Source: Escherichia phage JS10
Sequence record: EU863409
DNA: 64,000 bases
Strand: one strand, 5' to 3'
Shown here piece after piece: positions 39,239 to 51,509 of this stretch (position 1 is the first letter of the stretch; each line of letters begins with the position of its first letter). Both the position numbers and the translations under genes were made by a program. The notes below the pieces were generated by a model. That model was not told where the DNA came from, searched no databases, and saw only the letters and a program-made list of their open reading frames with translations.

Positions 39239-39517
39239 TTAAATTGCTTCGACAACTACCGTTTGTTTCTGGAAGTCCATTTTGCATGAAATAGCCAAAA
39301 TGTGGTCATCAATTTTAAATGGAACAATTGCAAATGCTGCACCAGTCGTGAGTTGGACAGTGATTGCATCAACTGCATCCGGGAACATGATTTCCAGAAT
39401 AGCAGACAAACGTCCGTGCACTTTTAATTCAGTCGACGTGTCGACAGGTTCGTATAGGTAATCAGATACAATCTGACTAAAAACCACTTTAACAATTTCA
39501 GAATAAGTAGGGAACAT
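39239..39517 (-). CDS. hypothetical protein
   Basis: 92-aa ORF, GAGG RBS. Confidence 0.45.
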   Translation of the reverse strand: MFPTYSEIVKVVFSQIVSDYLYEPVDTSTELKVHGRLSAILEIMFPDAVDAITVQLTTGAAFAIVPFKIDDHILAISCKMDFQKQTVVVEAI

Positions 39518-39524
39518 AATTACC

Positions 39525-39740
39525 TCAGTGTACTGTATGGACCTTCACGTTAACAATAAACCGGTCAACGACTTCAGTCAGAGGAACGAACTCAACATAG
39601 TACTCACCTTTGTAACGTTCATTCAGGTCATTACGAAGGGCTGCTAGTGAGTTAATGAGGGTAGGAGACATATTAAGCCCTACCAGTTTCTGAAGCTCTT
39701 TATAAGCTTCTTCTTCAACTTCATGGTGTTTGTTATACAT
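39525..39740 (-). CDS. hypothetical protein (start uncertain)
   Basis: ORF 39525..39845; the upstream part overlaps the next ORF in another frame, so the internal ATG at 39740 is proposed. Confidence 0.3.
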   Translation of the reverse strand: MYNKHHEVEEEAYKELQKLVGLNMSPTLINSLAALRNDLNERYKGEYYVEFVPLTEVVDRFIVNVKVHTVH

Positions 39741-39929
39741 AATGTTTTTCCAAGAAGGCAAGGAGTTCTGGCGCCGATTTAAAAATACCACCATCGACCC
39801 TGTCTTCATCTCTATAGTCCATAACATCCAGGCCAATACGTCCATCAGTTAAAGGCCATACGCTGAAGAAAAAGCATTTACGTTTTTCAATTTCTTCGAT
39901 TGTACGAAAAATCTTTTCGATATTATTCA

Positions 39930-39930
<1 letters not shown>
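39733..39930 (-). CDS. hypothetical protein, translationally coupled to pseT
   Basis: ORF 39733..39960; ATG at 39930 overlaps the pseT stop (TAATG); GGGGA RBS. Confidence 0.35.
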
Positions 39931-41151
<1,221 letters not shown>

Positions 41152-41155
<4 letters not shown>

Positions 41156-41613
41156 ACACCAAGCTCCTTATAAAGCTCTTCACGGCAGGTTTTAAGGATT
41201 TTACCAGTTTCATAAGCAACACTTTCAGGAACATCGCCGAGGGTTACTGCGGATTGCATTTGACCATGGCGCTTAGCTGCGTATTCAAAACTTTTTACTA
41301 GCTCACGAATACGTTCTTTTTCTTCATAAAGCGATTGGTTTTCTTTATAGCACGCCGTAACATCTAAGATTGAATTCCACACATCAGAAGGAATAGGTTT
41401 GGACAATTTCAACACTCGGCTCGGGAAATCATTCCATGGGGCATAGTATTCAACTTCTGTAATAACTCCACCTTTACATTCTGTAATAAAAAATCGAGCT
41501 TTACCTTCCAAAGGTGTTTTACGGCAAGAACCAATTCGGGCCAGATTTTGGAAGAATTCGTCTTTACACTTCATGATATTATTAGCGTTCTCAACATACC
41601 ATAATATTTTCAT
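41152..41613 (-). CDS. hypothetical protein
   Basis: ORF 41152..41649; ATG at 41613 with GAGGAA RBS. Confidence 0.4.
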
Positions 41614-41780
41614 ATCCAATTCCTCAATTTTTATAATCCGTAGGAGCATTATACTCTGCTCCCAAGAGTTTGTAAACTACTTTCCAAAAATGCCATTCAT
41701 ACACAGGCTGAACACGATACCAAAGCAAAAACATGCAGCACCGAATTTAAAAACATCCCACCCATCGATACAGGCTTCAA

Positions 41781-42071
41781 TCATTTGCACTTCTCCTCTT
41801 TTAGTCCAGAACGATAATAACATAACATAGATTTCTGGTCTTGTACATATCTTTTTACGTCGTTCAACCAAATGCGATGTTCTTGCGAGTCTTCAAACGG
41901 CATTCCAACCCAGGCCTTACCATCGATTACCTTAACCTGCCATTTAACATTATGTTCGGCAATAGGTTGTGGCCATGAAGGGTGGAGTTGTTGTTTAGGC
42001 GCTACAGGAACATCCTGGGCACATCCAACTAACAAGCCAATAGATAACATTACAGCAGTCAATTTAATCAT
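41781..42071 (-). CDS. outer-membrane spanin (o-spanin, Rz1-like lipoprotein; pseT.2 equivalent)
   Basis: 96 aa; signal peptide with lipobox LLVGC; Pro-rich mature N-terminus; directly follows the i-spanin candidate with ATGA overlap. Confidence 0.55.
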   Translation of the reverse strand: MIKLTAVMLSIGLLVGCAQDVPVAPKQQLHPSWPQPIAEHNVKWQVKVIDGKAWVGMPFEDSQEHRIWLNDVKRYVQDQKSMLCYYRSGLKEEKCK

Positions 42072-42421
42072 TCTGTGATGCTCCTGAAGTCTTGGGTAAA
42101 GGAATCGAAGGACTTGTTGATTTGTTTTTCGACCAATCCTGGCTTACTTGCCACCACGTGCGCCTTCTTCGAATCTTTACGGAGCTTTTCATTTTCTGCC
42201 TTAATTTTATCCATTCGGGCATTCATTTCAGTAGTACGGAATTCAATATCCGAGTATTGACCACGAAGGTCCTCTACAGCTTCGGCGTTCTGTTTAGCTG
42301 TTTGCTGGGTTGTTTTCAGTTCTTCAGTTAATGTATCAATACGGCTTGATTGATACGAAATAAAACCGTAAGCACCTACTGCAATGGCCCCAGCTAAAAG
42401 GTAAATACTTAATTTAGACAT
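42068..42421 (-). CDS. inner-membrane spanin (i-spanin, Rz-like; pseT.3 equivalent)
   Basis: 117 aa; N-terminal transmembrane segment IYLLAGAIAVGAYGFI followed by charged coiled-coil-like sequence. Confidence 0.55.
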   Translation of the reverse strand: MSKLSIYLLAGAIAVGAYGFISYQSSRIDTLTEELKTTQQTAKQNAEAVEDLRGQYSDIEFRTTEMNARMDKIKAENEKLRKDSKKAHVVASKPGLVEKQINKSFDSFTQDFRSITE

Positions 42422-42909
42422 TTGGTAATAATCTCGATGATGTCATCACGTGACAGGGAGTTGATAAGAACCGTTTTAGGGTTTTCACACTGGATTTTAT
42501 ACGTTTCGAACATCACGCACAATTCTTCAGCGGTATGGTAAGGGCTCGAAATGCCAAGGCGATTAAACTTGTCGCTTAATGGGTCGCAAATCAAATAAAA
42601 TGTGATTCCTGCGATTTTGACATTAGGTTGGCTGATATTAATGAATATCTCAGCATCATACTTAGAAAGGTTGTTTTGGAGAAACTCAACCATAGAGTTA
42701 ACAGCTTCAGGCATGGCTTCACGCTTTTCTTCTGCATAACGGGTAGAGTATTCTTTTTGCTTAATTTTCTTTTTAGCATTTTTAGCTAAAGTAACACGAA
42801 GATCGGTTAGGTACCCTACTGCACGAGAACCTTTAAAAACTTGGATACCGTCAGTAGAGTCACCAAAAGCTTTAACAACCATTTCGTTGGTAATCATTTG
42901 CATATTCAT
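42409..42909 (-). CDS. hypothetical early protein (Alc-like by position and size only)
   Basis: 166 aa, between rnlA and the spanins where T4 has alc (about 167 aa); no motif recognised. Confidence 0.3.
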   Translation of the reverse strand: MNMQMITNEMVVKAFGDSTDGIQVFKGSRAVGYLTDLRVTLAKNAKKKIKQKEYSTRYAEEKREAMPEAVNSMVEFLQNNLSKYDAEIFINISQPNVKIAGITFYLICDPLSDKFNRLGISSPYHTAEELCVMFETYKIQCENPKTVLINSLSRDDIIEIITKCLN

Positions 42910-42968
42910 TTTGTTTTCTCCTCATTAGTTGGTAAGTCTATACTAACACATCATGAGGAGATGTAAAC
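42907..42968 (-). promoter_or_regulatory. early promoter cassette copy 5, with inverted repeat CTCCTCAT/ATGAGGAG
   Basis: GTTTACA-N16-TAGTATAGACTTACCAAC ... ATGAGGAGAAAACAAA-ATG. Confidence 0.5.
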
Positions 42969-44116
42969 TACTCTATTACAATTTCTTTCAAATATTTTTC
43001 AGGGATTTGGGCCTTATGATTTTTCAAGAACACAGAGTTAATCTGGTCCATGACCGTATCATAATTAATACCGTCTACGTACGCCTGCATAAGAATAGAG
43101 AACAGCCCTGGGAAGTCTTTGAGGATTAACTGACCGGTGACAGCATAGTCTTTACGGTCACGGCCCTTGAGCTGAGAATACGCTGCTTCTAACAAAGCCA
43201 AGGACTGTTCTAAGTAGTCTAAATGGATACGTTCAAATGCATTGATTTTCTCGATAGCAAATGAATCAGTGCTGAACAAACCTCGGAGGTCATCGGTTCC
43301 ACCAGCCACTACAACTTCAAACAAACGTTCGTTGTTGTTAATGGAATCTTTGGTATGATGCAGTGCGCTATACCAAGCGGTTTTGAGTTTAAAGAACGTG
43401 CCATCTTTAAGTACAAAGATAAAGCCTTCAATACCCTCTTGTTTACGGATATTGTCAACAAAATCACCTTCGGTGAGTTCATAGCTTTTAACCAAATGCT
43501 TACGCAGAGCGCCATCTTTAAACAGTTCAGCGTAAGGGATATATTCACCCGTTTCGTTATTACGAACGTTCAGTAAGATAAGGTTTGTTTCTTGGTAAGC
43601 CAGCACAATACGGTTAGTAGGCGAAACATACTCGAGGTTACATGTATAGCCTGCTTTAGTAATTTCTTCTAAACGAGCAGCGAAGGCCTCGTTTTCAGGG
43701 AGTCGAAGGAAACGTAAAGAATCGTGTACCATCGACGAGTGGATAGAGCCTTTAGATTTAACAGAAAGATATTGTCTGTCCATGAAGGTAGAAATCAAGG
43801 AACCATCTTCCTTAGCCATTACGAGGTCGATATTTTCTTGTGATAAATCTAAACCAATAGTCAATGGGTTTTCATCGAGATTAAAGAACTTTTGCATAGG
43901 ACGAGCCGCGATACGTACAGGACCGTTCTCGTCCATTTCAAACATAATGCCTCGGCACTCTAGTGCGCCGTCTTCCAACCAATCACTGTACGATGCATAG
44001 TTATAACTAAAGATGCGATAGTTGACTCCTAGCGCACTCTGGAAGTCTTTAAAGAAGAACTTAGATTTAGTTGAGTTTTTAACCAAAGTCATCAAGTTAT
44101 CATATAATTCAATCAT
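42968..44116 (-). CDS. rnlA: RNA ligase 1 (RnlA)
   Basis: 382 aa; matches T4 Rnl1 as recalled (YRIFSYNYASYSDW, ALECRGIMFEMD, motif I KEDGSL). Confidence 0.9.
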   Translation of the reverse strand: MIELYDNLMTLVKNSTKSKFFFKDFQSALGVNYRIFSYNYASYSDWLEDGALECRGIMFEMDENGPVRIAARPMQKFFNLDENPLTIGLDLSQENIDLVMAKEDGSLISTFMDRQYLSVKSKGSIHSSMVHDSLRFLRLPENEAFAARLEEITKAGYTCNLEYVSPTNRIVLAYQETNLILLNVRNNETGEYIPYAELFKDGALRKHLVKSYELTEGDFVDNIRKQEGIEGFIFVLKDGTFFKLKTAWYSALHHTKDSINNNERLFEVVVAGGTDDLRGLFSTDSFAIEKINAFERIHLDYLEQSLALLEAAYSQLKGRDRKDYAVTGQLILKDFPGLFSILMQAYVDGINYDTVMDQINSVFLKNHKAQIPEKYLKEIVIE

Positions 44117-44526
44117 TGCTTTATCCTATGTTGGGTATTCCAAGGTGGATTAAATTTCTTTATGAACATTGGCTCTTCAAGAGACATGGTCTCAACTGAC
44201 ATAGTTCCAAGTTCGTTAGTCATCGACAGATTAAAGCACTGTCTAGCATAGAACTCTACCTTTTTACCTGCCATTAATGCTTCATGAATCAGAATGGACT
44301 TGGTCGAATCCGACGTTTGGTCCTTACGATTAATAGCGGTTCGGTAGTAGTTGATGCGCTTACGAAGATTTTTAGTCTTCCCGATGTAGACTAGTATATC
44401 ATCAACCGCTATAGCATATATGACATTTTGTTTATTTGGAACCGTGATAGGGGCTATAGTAGCATCTGTTTGGAGCTCCAGTGTAACGTACTTGATAAAG
44501 CTAAATTCATCTGCGATTTCTTTCAT
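44113..44526 (-). CDS. denA: endonuclease II (DenA), GIY-YIG nuclease
   Basis: ORF 44113..44550; start at MKEIADE gives 137 aa; GIY-YIG core VIYAIAVDDILVYIGKTKNLRKRINYY; position between rnlA and nrdB. Confidence 0.8.
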   Translation of the reverse strand: MKEIADEFSFIKYVTLELQTDATIAPITVPNKQNVIYAIAVDDILVYIGKTKNLRKRINYYRTAINRKDQTSDSTKSILIHEALMAGKKVEFYARQCFNLSMTNELGTMSVETMSLEEPMFIKKFNPPWNTQHRIKQ

Positions 44527-44553
44527 AGCAATAAGGGGCCGAAGCCCCATTCC

Positions 44554-45693
44554 TTAAAAATATTTCTTGTATGACGCCATTACTTTTTCATCGACATCAT
44601 TATCAATTTGTGCTACAAGGTAAGAACTGATTTCCACTTCCTGAGGAGCGGCCTGTACAGCATCAGAGTTCAGGTATTCGCGAATCCAAGGATATGGATG
44701 GCGAGTAGGAGCATCAGTAATAGGACACGGTAAGCCACATTGCTTCATACGAGAAACTGTCAGGTAATCGACAAAAGCACCCATGTTCTGAGTATTTAAT
44801 CCAGGGCAAGTACCATCTTTGAACAGGTGGCCAGCCCACTCTTTTTCTTGTCGGTTAACTTCCATGAAAATATCAACTGCTTCTTGTTCACACTCTTGAG
44901 CAATTTTAACCCATTCATCACCATCAGTACCAAGCTGGAGTTGACGAATAATATATTGGGTGCCTTTAAGGTGAAGCTGTTCATCACGTGCAATGAACTT
45001 CATAATCTTAGCATTACCTTCCATGATTTCCATATTCTTATGGAAGTTAAAGGTACATGCAAAAGATACATAAAAACGAATAGCTTCCAATGCGTTGATT
45101 ACATGGAGGCAGAGGTAAAGAGAACGCATTAGTTCGTATTTGGCCTGTTTTACGCCTTCGCTAAACTCATGATATTCTTCTAAAGCATTCTGGTAAAGTC
45201 GGGTTTTCTCAATAACATCATCATAATAACGACCAATAGATTCAGCACGTTTCATGATAGCTTCATCTAACAGAATTTCATCAAATACCTTAGATGGGTC
45301 TGTATAGAGGTTACGCATGATATGGGTATATGAACGAGAGTGAATAGTTTCACTAAAGGTCCATGTAGCAACCCACGTATCAAGGCTAGGGTCTGAAATC
45401 AATGCTTGGAGTGCAGCAGAAGGAGCACGTCCCTGGATACTATCCAGAAGTGATTGATACTTCAGGTTATTGGTAAAAATATTTTGCTGGAATTGTGGAA
45501 GCTTATTAAACTGGGCCGCATCCATCATCAAGTTAACTTCCTCTGGACGCCAGAAGAAACTCAACTGCTTTTCACAAAGCTCTTCGAATACTTTATGACG
45601 CTGGATATCGTAACGAGCAATACCCAATCCTGAACCAAAGAACATCGGTTCGACTAAAACATCAACTGGGGTAGTATTAAAAACTGTAGACAT
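44554..45693 (-). CDS. nrdB: ribonucleotide reductase small subunit NrdB (uninterrupted)
   Basis: 379-aa continuous ORF; position. Confidence 0.9.
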   Translation of the reverse strand: MSTVFNTTPVDVLVEPMFFGSGLGIARYDIQRHKVFEELCEKQLSFFWRPEEVNLMMDAAQFNKLPQFQQNIFTNNLKYQSLLDSIQGRAPSAALQALISDPSLDTWVATWTFSETIHSRSYTHIMRNLYTDPSKVFDEILLDEAIMKRAESIGRYYDDVIEKTRLYQNALEEYHEFSEGVKQAKYELMRSLYLCLHVINALEAIRFYVSFACTFNFHKNMEIMEGNAKIMKFIARDEQLHLKGTQYIIRQLQLGTDGDEWVKIAQECEQEAVDIFMEVNRQEKEWAGHLFKDGTCPGLNTQNMGAFVDYLTVSRMKQCGLPCPITDAPTRHPYPWIREYLNSDAVQAAPQEVEISSYLVAQIDNDVDEKVMASYKKYF

Positions 45694-45708
45694 GTTATTC
45701 TCATTTGT

Positions 45709-45726
45709 TAGTGACTCATCCGTGAG
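45709..45726 (-). promoter_or_regulatory. hairpin TGACTCA-NNNN-TGAGTCA between nrdA and nrdB
   Basis: perfect 7-bp inverted repeat about 15 nt upstream of the nrdB RBS. Confidence 0.3.
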
Positions 45727-45746
45727 TCAATTATAATCAGATTTTA

Positions 45747-48002
45747 TTAAAGCTTACAAGCTGCACAATCATCGGCTTTAGGAGTTTCGATTTCATAATC
45801 GTCAGTACCAGAGCCATCACGGGTGTTATGATAGTAAAGGTTCTTACCACCAAAGTACCAGAAATATAACAGGTCATCAAGCATTACTGACATAGGAACT
45901 TTTCCTTTCTCATAATTCTGAGGGTCGTAATACGTATTCGCTGATGCTGATTGGCAAACCCATTTCAACATAATTGCCACTTGGGTAAGATAAGGTTTAT
46001 TACCTTTCTTAGCGAGGCTCCAAGCGTAATCATAAAGGCCTTGGTTATGTTCTACATTAGGAACTACCTGACGGAAGTTACCTTCTTTAGATTCTTTAAT
46101 ACTTACCGGACCACGCGGAGGTTCGATACCGTTGGTAGAGTTGGAAACCTGGCTGCTTGACTCGCATGGCATAAGTGCTGATAATGTGCTATTACGGATG
46201 CCATGTTTAGCCAAGTCTTCCCGCAACGCCGACCAGTCACAAACATAGTTTGGGGCTGCGATTTGGTCAATCTTTTTATTGTACCAGTCGATAGGAAGCT
46301 CGCCTCGAGACCACTTAGTGTCTGAATAATACTCGCAAGGTCCTTTTTCTTCGGCCAACTTGATTGATGCTCGGATAAGTCCATACTGTAATCTCTCAAA
46401 CAGTTCATGAGTTAAATCGTTTGCGTCTTCATAAGAAGCAAAGTTGCTTGCCAGCCATGCTGCGTAGTTAGTAACACCCACACCAAGGTTACGACGTTTC
46501 TTAGCCTTAAGAGCTTCAGGAACAGGATAATCTTGGTAGTCTAACAAGTTATCAAGTGCACGTACCTGTACTTCAGCAAGTTCGTTGATTTTGTCTTGGT
46601 CTTGCCAATCGAAGTTATCCAATACGAATGCAGACAGAGTACATAAACCAATTTCAGCATCAGGACTATTCACATCGGTAGTCGGGATGGCAATTTCACA
46701 ACACAAGTTGCTCTGACGAATAGGAGCTTTCTCACGAATGAATGGCGTGAAGTTGTTAGTGTTATCAACGAATTGAGGATAAATTCGTGCAGTGCCTGAA
46801 CGTTCGGTCATGAACAATTCAAAGAGGTCGCGTGCTTTAATACGTTTCTTACGAATACTAGGGTCTTTTTCTGCGGCTTCATACAATTCACGGAAACGTT
46901 CTTGGTCTTCAAAATAAGAATAATAAAGCTCGCCACCCATTTCATGAGGACTAAACAGGGTAATATAATCATTCTTACCGAAACGTTCCATCATCAGGTC
47001 GTTTAACTGGATTCCGTAGTCCATATGACGAATACGGTTTTCATCGACACCTTTGTTGTTTTTCAGAACGAGCAGATTTTCAACTTCCAAATGCCAAATA
47101 GGATAATAAGCAGTAGCAGCGCCGCCACGGATTCCACCTTGTGAACATGATTTAACAGCAGTCTGGAAATGTTTCCAGAATGGAATAACACCAGTATGTT
47201 TGACTTCACCCATGCCAATACGAGAACCTTCAGCACGAATCATACCAACGTTAATACCAATACCTGCACGTTTAGAAATGTATTCAATTATTGAGTTTGC
47301 AGTTTTGTTAATAGATTTCAGTGAGTCACCTGCTTCAATAACAACACAAGAACTAAATTGACGGGTTGGAGTACGTGCACCAGCCATAATAGGAGTAGGC
47401 AACGAAACCTGACGAGTACTTACAGCGTCATAAAAACGAATAATATGTGCTAAACGGTTGCCCGGCTCGTCTTGGTGTAAGGCCATACCAATACACATTA
47501 TAGCGAACTGAGGAGTTTCGTAGATTTTACCTGTTGTTTTATCTTTAACCAGATATTTCTCTTTAAGCTGCATTGCACCAGCATAGGTTAATTCGAAATC
47601 GCGTTCATGCTTGATATGAGATTCCAGGAAAGTAATTTCTTCTGCAGAATATCGAGACAACAATTCAGGGTCATATTTACCTTCGTTAACACAATAGGAA
47701 ATATGGTCGATAAAACTGCGTGGTTCAAACTGGCCATAAACTTCTTTACGCAGTGCAAACATCAATTGCTTTGCAGCAACATACTGATAGTCAGGCTCTT
47801 CAACCGAGATAAGGTTGGCCGCTACCTTAACAGTCAGATTTTGGATATCTTTGGTAGTCATACCATCACGAAGGTGGGTTTTGATTTCTTCGTATAATTC
47901 ATAGGGGTCGATTTGGGTTCCTTCACAGCCCCAAGTCAGAACTTTAATAATTTTTTGTGCGTCAAAATCTTGGGATACACCACTACTTTTTTGTACTTGC
48001 AT
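45747..48002 (-). CDS. nrdA: ribonucleotide reductase large subunit NrdA
   Basis: 751 aa (T4 NrdA about 754 aa); position. Confidence 0.95.
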   Translation of the reverse strand: MQVQKSSGVSQDFDAQKIIKVLTWGCEGTQIDPYELYEEIKTHLRDGMTTKDIQNLTVKVAANLISVEEPDYQYVAAKQLMFALRKEVYGQFEPRSFIDHISYCVNEGKYDPELLSRYSAEEITFLESHIKHERDFELTYAGAMQLKEKYLVKDKTTGKIYETPQFAIMCIGMALHQDEPGNRLAHIIRFYDAVSTRQVSLPTPIMAGARTPTRQFSSCVVIEAGDSLKSINKTANSIIEYISKRAGIGINVGMIRAEGSRIGMGEVKHTGVIPFWKHFQTAVKSCSQGGIRGGAATAYYPIWHLEVENLLVLKNNKGVDENRIRHMDYGIQLNDLMMERFGKNDYITLFSPHEMGGELYYSYFEDQERFRELYEAAEKDPSIRKKRIKARDLFELFMTERSGTARIYPQFVDNTNNFTPFIREKAPIRQSNLCCEIAIPTTDVNSPDAEIGLCTLSAFVLDNFDWQDQDKINELAEVQVRALDNLLDYQDYPVPEALKAKKRRNLGVGVTNYAAWLASNFASYEDANDLTHELFERLQYGLIRASIKLAEEKGPCEYYSDTKWSRGELPIDWYNKKIDQIAAPNYVCDWSALREDLAKHGIRNSTLSALMPCESSSQVSNSTNGIEPPRGPVSIKESKEGNFRQVVPNVEHNQGLYDYAWSLAKKGNKPYLTQVAIMLKWVCQSASANTYYDPQNYEKGKVPMSVMLDDLLYFWYFGGKNLYYHNTRDGSGTDDYEIETPKADDCAACKL

Positions 48003-48068
48003 AATTTCCTCAATATGTTAGGTTCTACATCTATAATAACATAGAACCTGTTAAGCATGGACTGATAT

Positions 48069-48464
48069 TTATAGGTCTTCTAATGAGAACGTATCTTTGA
48101 AAAGTTTGTTAACAACCAGGGCTATCACATCCCCATGACAGTCCTTAGGTTTACAGGTACACGCTATTCGCATACCTCTAAGGGTTTCAAGGTGTTCTCT
48201 TTTAATTTCACCTGATTTTATTTTAGCAATAAAGTATTCTTTAAAGTTCTTGATGTTTTCCTCACGAGTCCCATCTTTAAATGGATTACCCCACATAGTT
48301 CCACGCTGGATATTGACATCAAAATCTTCTTTATACTTGTTAACAACTCTACAGACTCTCATTATAGCACCAAATTCAGCCCAATCATAATAACCAAAAA
48401 TAAGGTACCAGCGATTTGAATTTTCATACAGCCATCTTAGCCTTAATAGTAGGGTGTGATTCAT
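48069..48464 (-). CDS. hypothetical protein with WGNPF ... C-x-C ... CHGD motifs (DUF4326-like); start uncertain
   Basis: ORF 48069..48479; candidate starts at 48464 or 48362; overlaps the td 3' end. Confidence 0.4.
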   Translation of the reverse strand: MNHTLLLRLRWLYENSNRWYLIFGYYDWAEFGAIMRVCRVVNKYKEDFDVNIQRGTMWGNPFKDGTREENIKNFKEYFIAKIKSGEIKREHLETLRGMRIACTCKPKDCHGDVIALVVNKLFKDTFSLEDL

Positions 48465-49280
48465 AACCTTTAAGAACAAAATCAGACGGCTTCATTGAAT
48501 CAATCCAAGACAGTTGTGTCTTAGTGTCCCAAAGAATAAACTCTTCCGGTAAATCAATCTCGAGTTCACAAAGATCTTTAGGTTCGCGACGAAGAACTTC
48601 TTGGCATTGTTCAACGTGATTAGAATAGATGTGCGTATTGCCGCCTGAGAACACTAAATCGCCAGGAATAAGATTACACATCTTAGCTACAATATGCACA
48701 AGAGCGGCGTAAGAGGCGATATTAAATGGCAATCCTAAGAACACGTCAACAGAACGTTGGTACCACTGGAGGTCAAGATGGCCGTTACGAACGTTGAACT
48801 GATAAAAACAATGACATGGCGGAAGAGCCATCTGGTTGATTTCAGCCGGGTTCCATGCGGATACGATTTGACGTCGGTCATTAGGCATCTTTTTAATACG
48901 GTTGATAATTTCTACAACCTGGTCGACACCACCAAAATCTCGCCATTGTTTCCCATATACAGGACCGAGTTCGCCGCTATGATAACCTAGGTCTTTGGCC
49001 TGATTTTCATAGTTCTCGTCCCAAATAGTTTTACCGTCAATTAATGAACCGTGAGTACGGAAACGAAGGTCGTTAACGTTTGTTGAACCCGAAAGGAACC
49101 AAAGGAGCTCAGCAATACAGGCTTTCCATGCTAATTTTTTAGTTGTTACTGCAGGAAAGCCTTTAGTTAAATCAAAACGTAATTTAGTACCGAACAGTGC
49201 AATTGTACCGGTGCCGGTACGGTCGTCGGTTTCGTAGCCATTTTCCAGGATATCTTTAATTAAAAATTGATATTGTTTCA

Positions 49281-49293
<13 letters not shown>
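48424..49293 (-). CDS. td: thymidylate synthase (uninterrupted)
   Basis: 289-aa continuous ORF; ThyA-like sequence throughout. Confidence 0.95.
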
Positions 49294-50402
<1,109 letters not shown>

Positions 50403-50403
<1 letters not shown>

Positions 50404-50648
50404 TATAGCACCTCAACATGTGTGATATCGTTTGGCCAAATGATGTCATGATGGTTATAATAGGAAATATCTCCCTTAACAAAACGATAATTATTACCAC
50501 GGCCTTGCTCCCAGGCCAAAGATACCTTATGGAGGTTTTCATAACGGTCCCTGACCCAAAAGGATTCGTCATATGCTGTATTATTATAAAGTCTATCCAA
50601 TTCTGCTTCGGTACCAGTAAACTCTTTTAAATTGATAGTAATTTGCAT
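50403..50648 (-). CDS. hypothetical protein
   Basis: ORF 50403..50789; start at MQITINL (50648) with GAGGAAAA RBS. Confidence 0.45.
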
Positions 50649-50658
50649 TATATTTTCC

Positions 50659-50898
50659 TCACGCTTTCTTAGCGATTTTCCAGTCAGCTTTAAATTGGTC
50701 AACATCAGAATGGTGAATCCAGAAACCAGATGAGCTACCATCTTCATAAAGAGGACAACCATCACACTCATCTTTCCAGCCCATTTCACACAAAGCTTGT
50801 TCGGCTTTTTCCAGAGCTTCCGGATTGTTACCTTGGATTGTAAAGTACCATTTGCCTTTAACTTCAGAATCTTTAATTGATTCGCGTTGTAATTTCAT
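50659..50898 (-). CDS. hypothetical protein
   Basis: 79-aa ORF with an early-promoter cassette upstream. Confidence 0.5.
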   Translation of the reverse strand: MKLQRESIKDSEVKGKWYFTIQGNNPEALEKAEQALCEMGWKDECDGCPLYEDGSSSGFWIHHSDVDQFKADWKIAKKA

Positions 50899-50954
50899 TT
50901 TATTCTCCTCAAGTTGATAAGGCTATAGTATCACTACCATAGCCTTAGGTAAAC
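50896..50954 (-). promoter_or_regulatory. early promoter cassette copy 6, with 8-bp stem AAGGCTAT/ATAGCCTT
   Basis: GTTTAC-N18-TACTATAGCCTTATCAAC ... GAGGAGAAT ... ATG. Confidence 0.5.
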
Positions 50955-50956
50955 AC

Positions 50957-51184
50957 TTATTTTTGAATTAAGCCCATATAAAATTCAGCGTCTTCAGCAT
51001 GCATACCATCGCAATATTCATCAGCCATAAAGCGGGTAAGGTCTTCAAGAGGACCTTGGACTTCAATTTGCATACTACAGAATTGTGTGTCTTTGATATA
51101 AGTCATAGTCAAAGAAGGATAACGATTACGGATAACTTCGTAGGTGTATTCAAAATCAACGATATCAATATTAACCTTAGCCAT
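50957..51184 (-). CDS. hypothetical protein
   Basis: ORF 50957..51202; start at MAKVNID with GAGGAAAA RBS; early-promoter cassette upstream. Confidence 0.5.
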   Translation of the reverse strand: MAKVNIDIVDFEYTYEVIRNRYPSLTMTYIKDTQFCSMQIEVQGPLEDLTRFMADEYCDGMHAEDAEFYMGLIQK

Positions 51185-51245
51185 TTTATTTTCCTCACTC
51201 ATTAGTTGATAGGTCTATAGTATCATGCCTATAGACCATGTAAAC
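51182..51245 (-). promoter_or_regulatory. early promoter cassette copy 7, with 9-bp stem GGTCTATAG/CTATAGACC
   Basis: GTTTACA-N16-TACTATAGACCTATCAAC ... ATGAGTGAGGAAAATAAA-ATG. Confidence 0.55.
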
Positions 51246-51247
51246 AT

Positions 51248-51508
51248 TTATTTTTGAATTTTATCAAGCCATTTACCAAGTTTAATCATTTCTTTGGTAG
51301 CTTTTTCCATACTTCTGAATTTAACCAGTAAGGGTTGAGCATCAACACCCATAACTAAGGTGGTTACAAGACTATGTTCGCCTACAAGCCATAACGAATA
51401 CGTTTGGATATCGAGGCCGTAATTTCGGTCTTTATGAACTCGTACACCCATCACTTCAAATTTCTCACTGGCTTTTTCTACTGCATCCAGGAAATCATCT
51501 TTAGTCAT
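51248..51508 (-). CDS. hypothetical protein
   Basis: ORF 51248..51571; start at MTKDDF (51508), just after the upstream stop. Confidence 0.4.
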   Translation of the reverse strand: MTKDDFLDAVEKASEKFEVMGVRVHKDRNYGLDIQTYSLWLVGEHSLVTTLVMGVDAQPLLVKFRSMEKATKEMIKLGKWLDKIQK

Positions 51509-51509
51509 G

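Noticed and set aside
41677-41871. 64-aa ORF overlapping the 3' end of the o-spanin gene
   Set aside because: Overlaps the o-spanin in another frame with no clear RBS; possibly real but not supportable from sequence alone.
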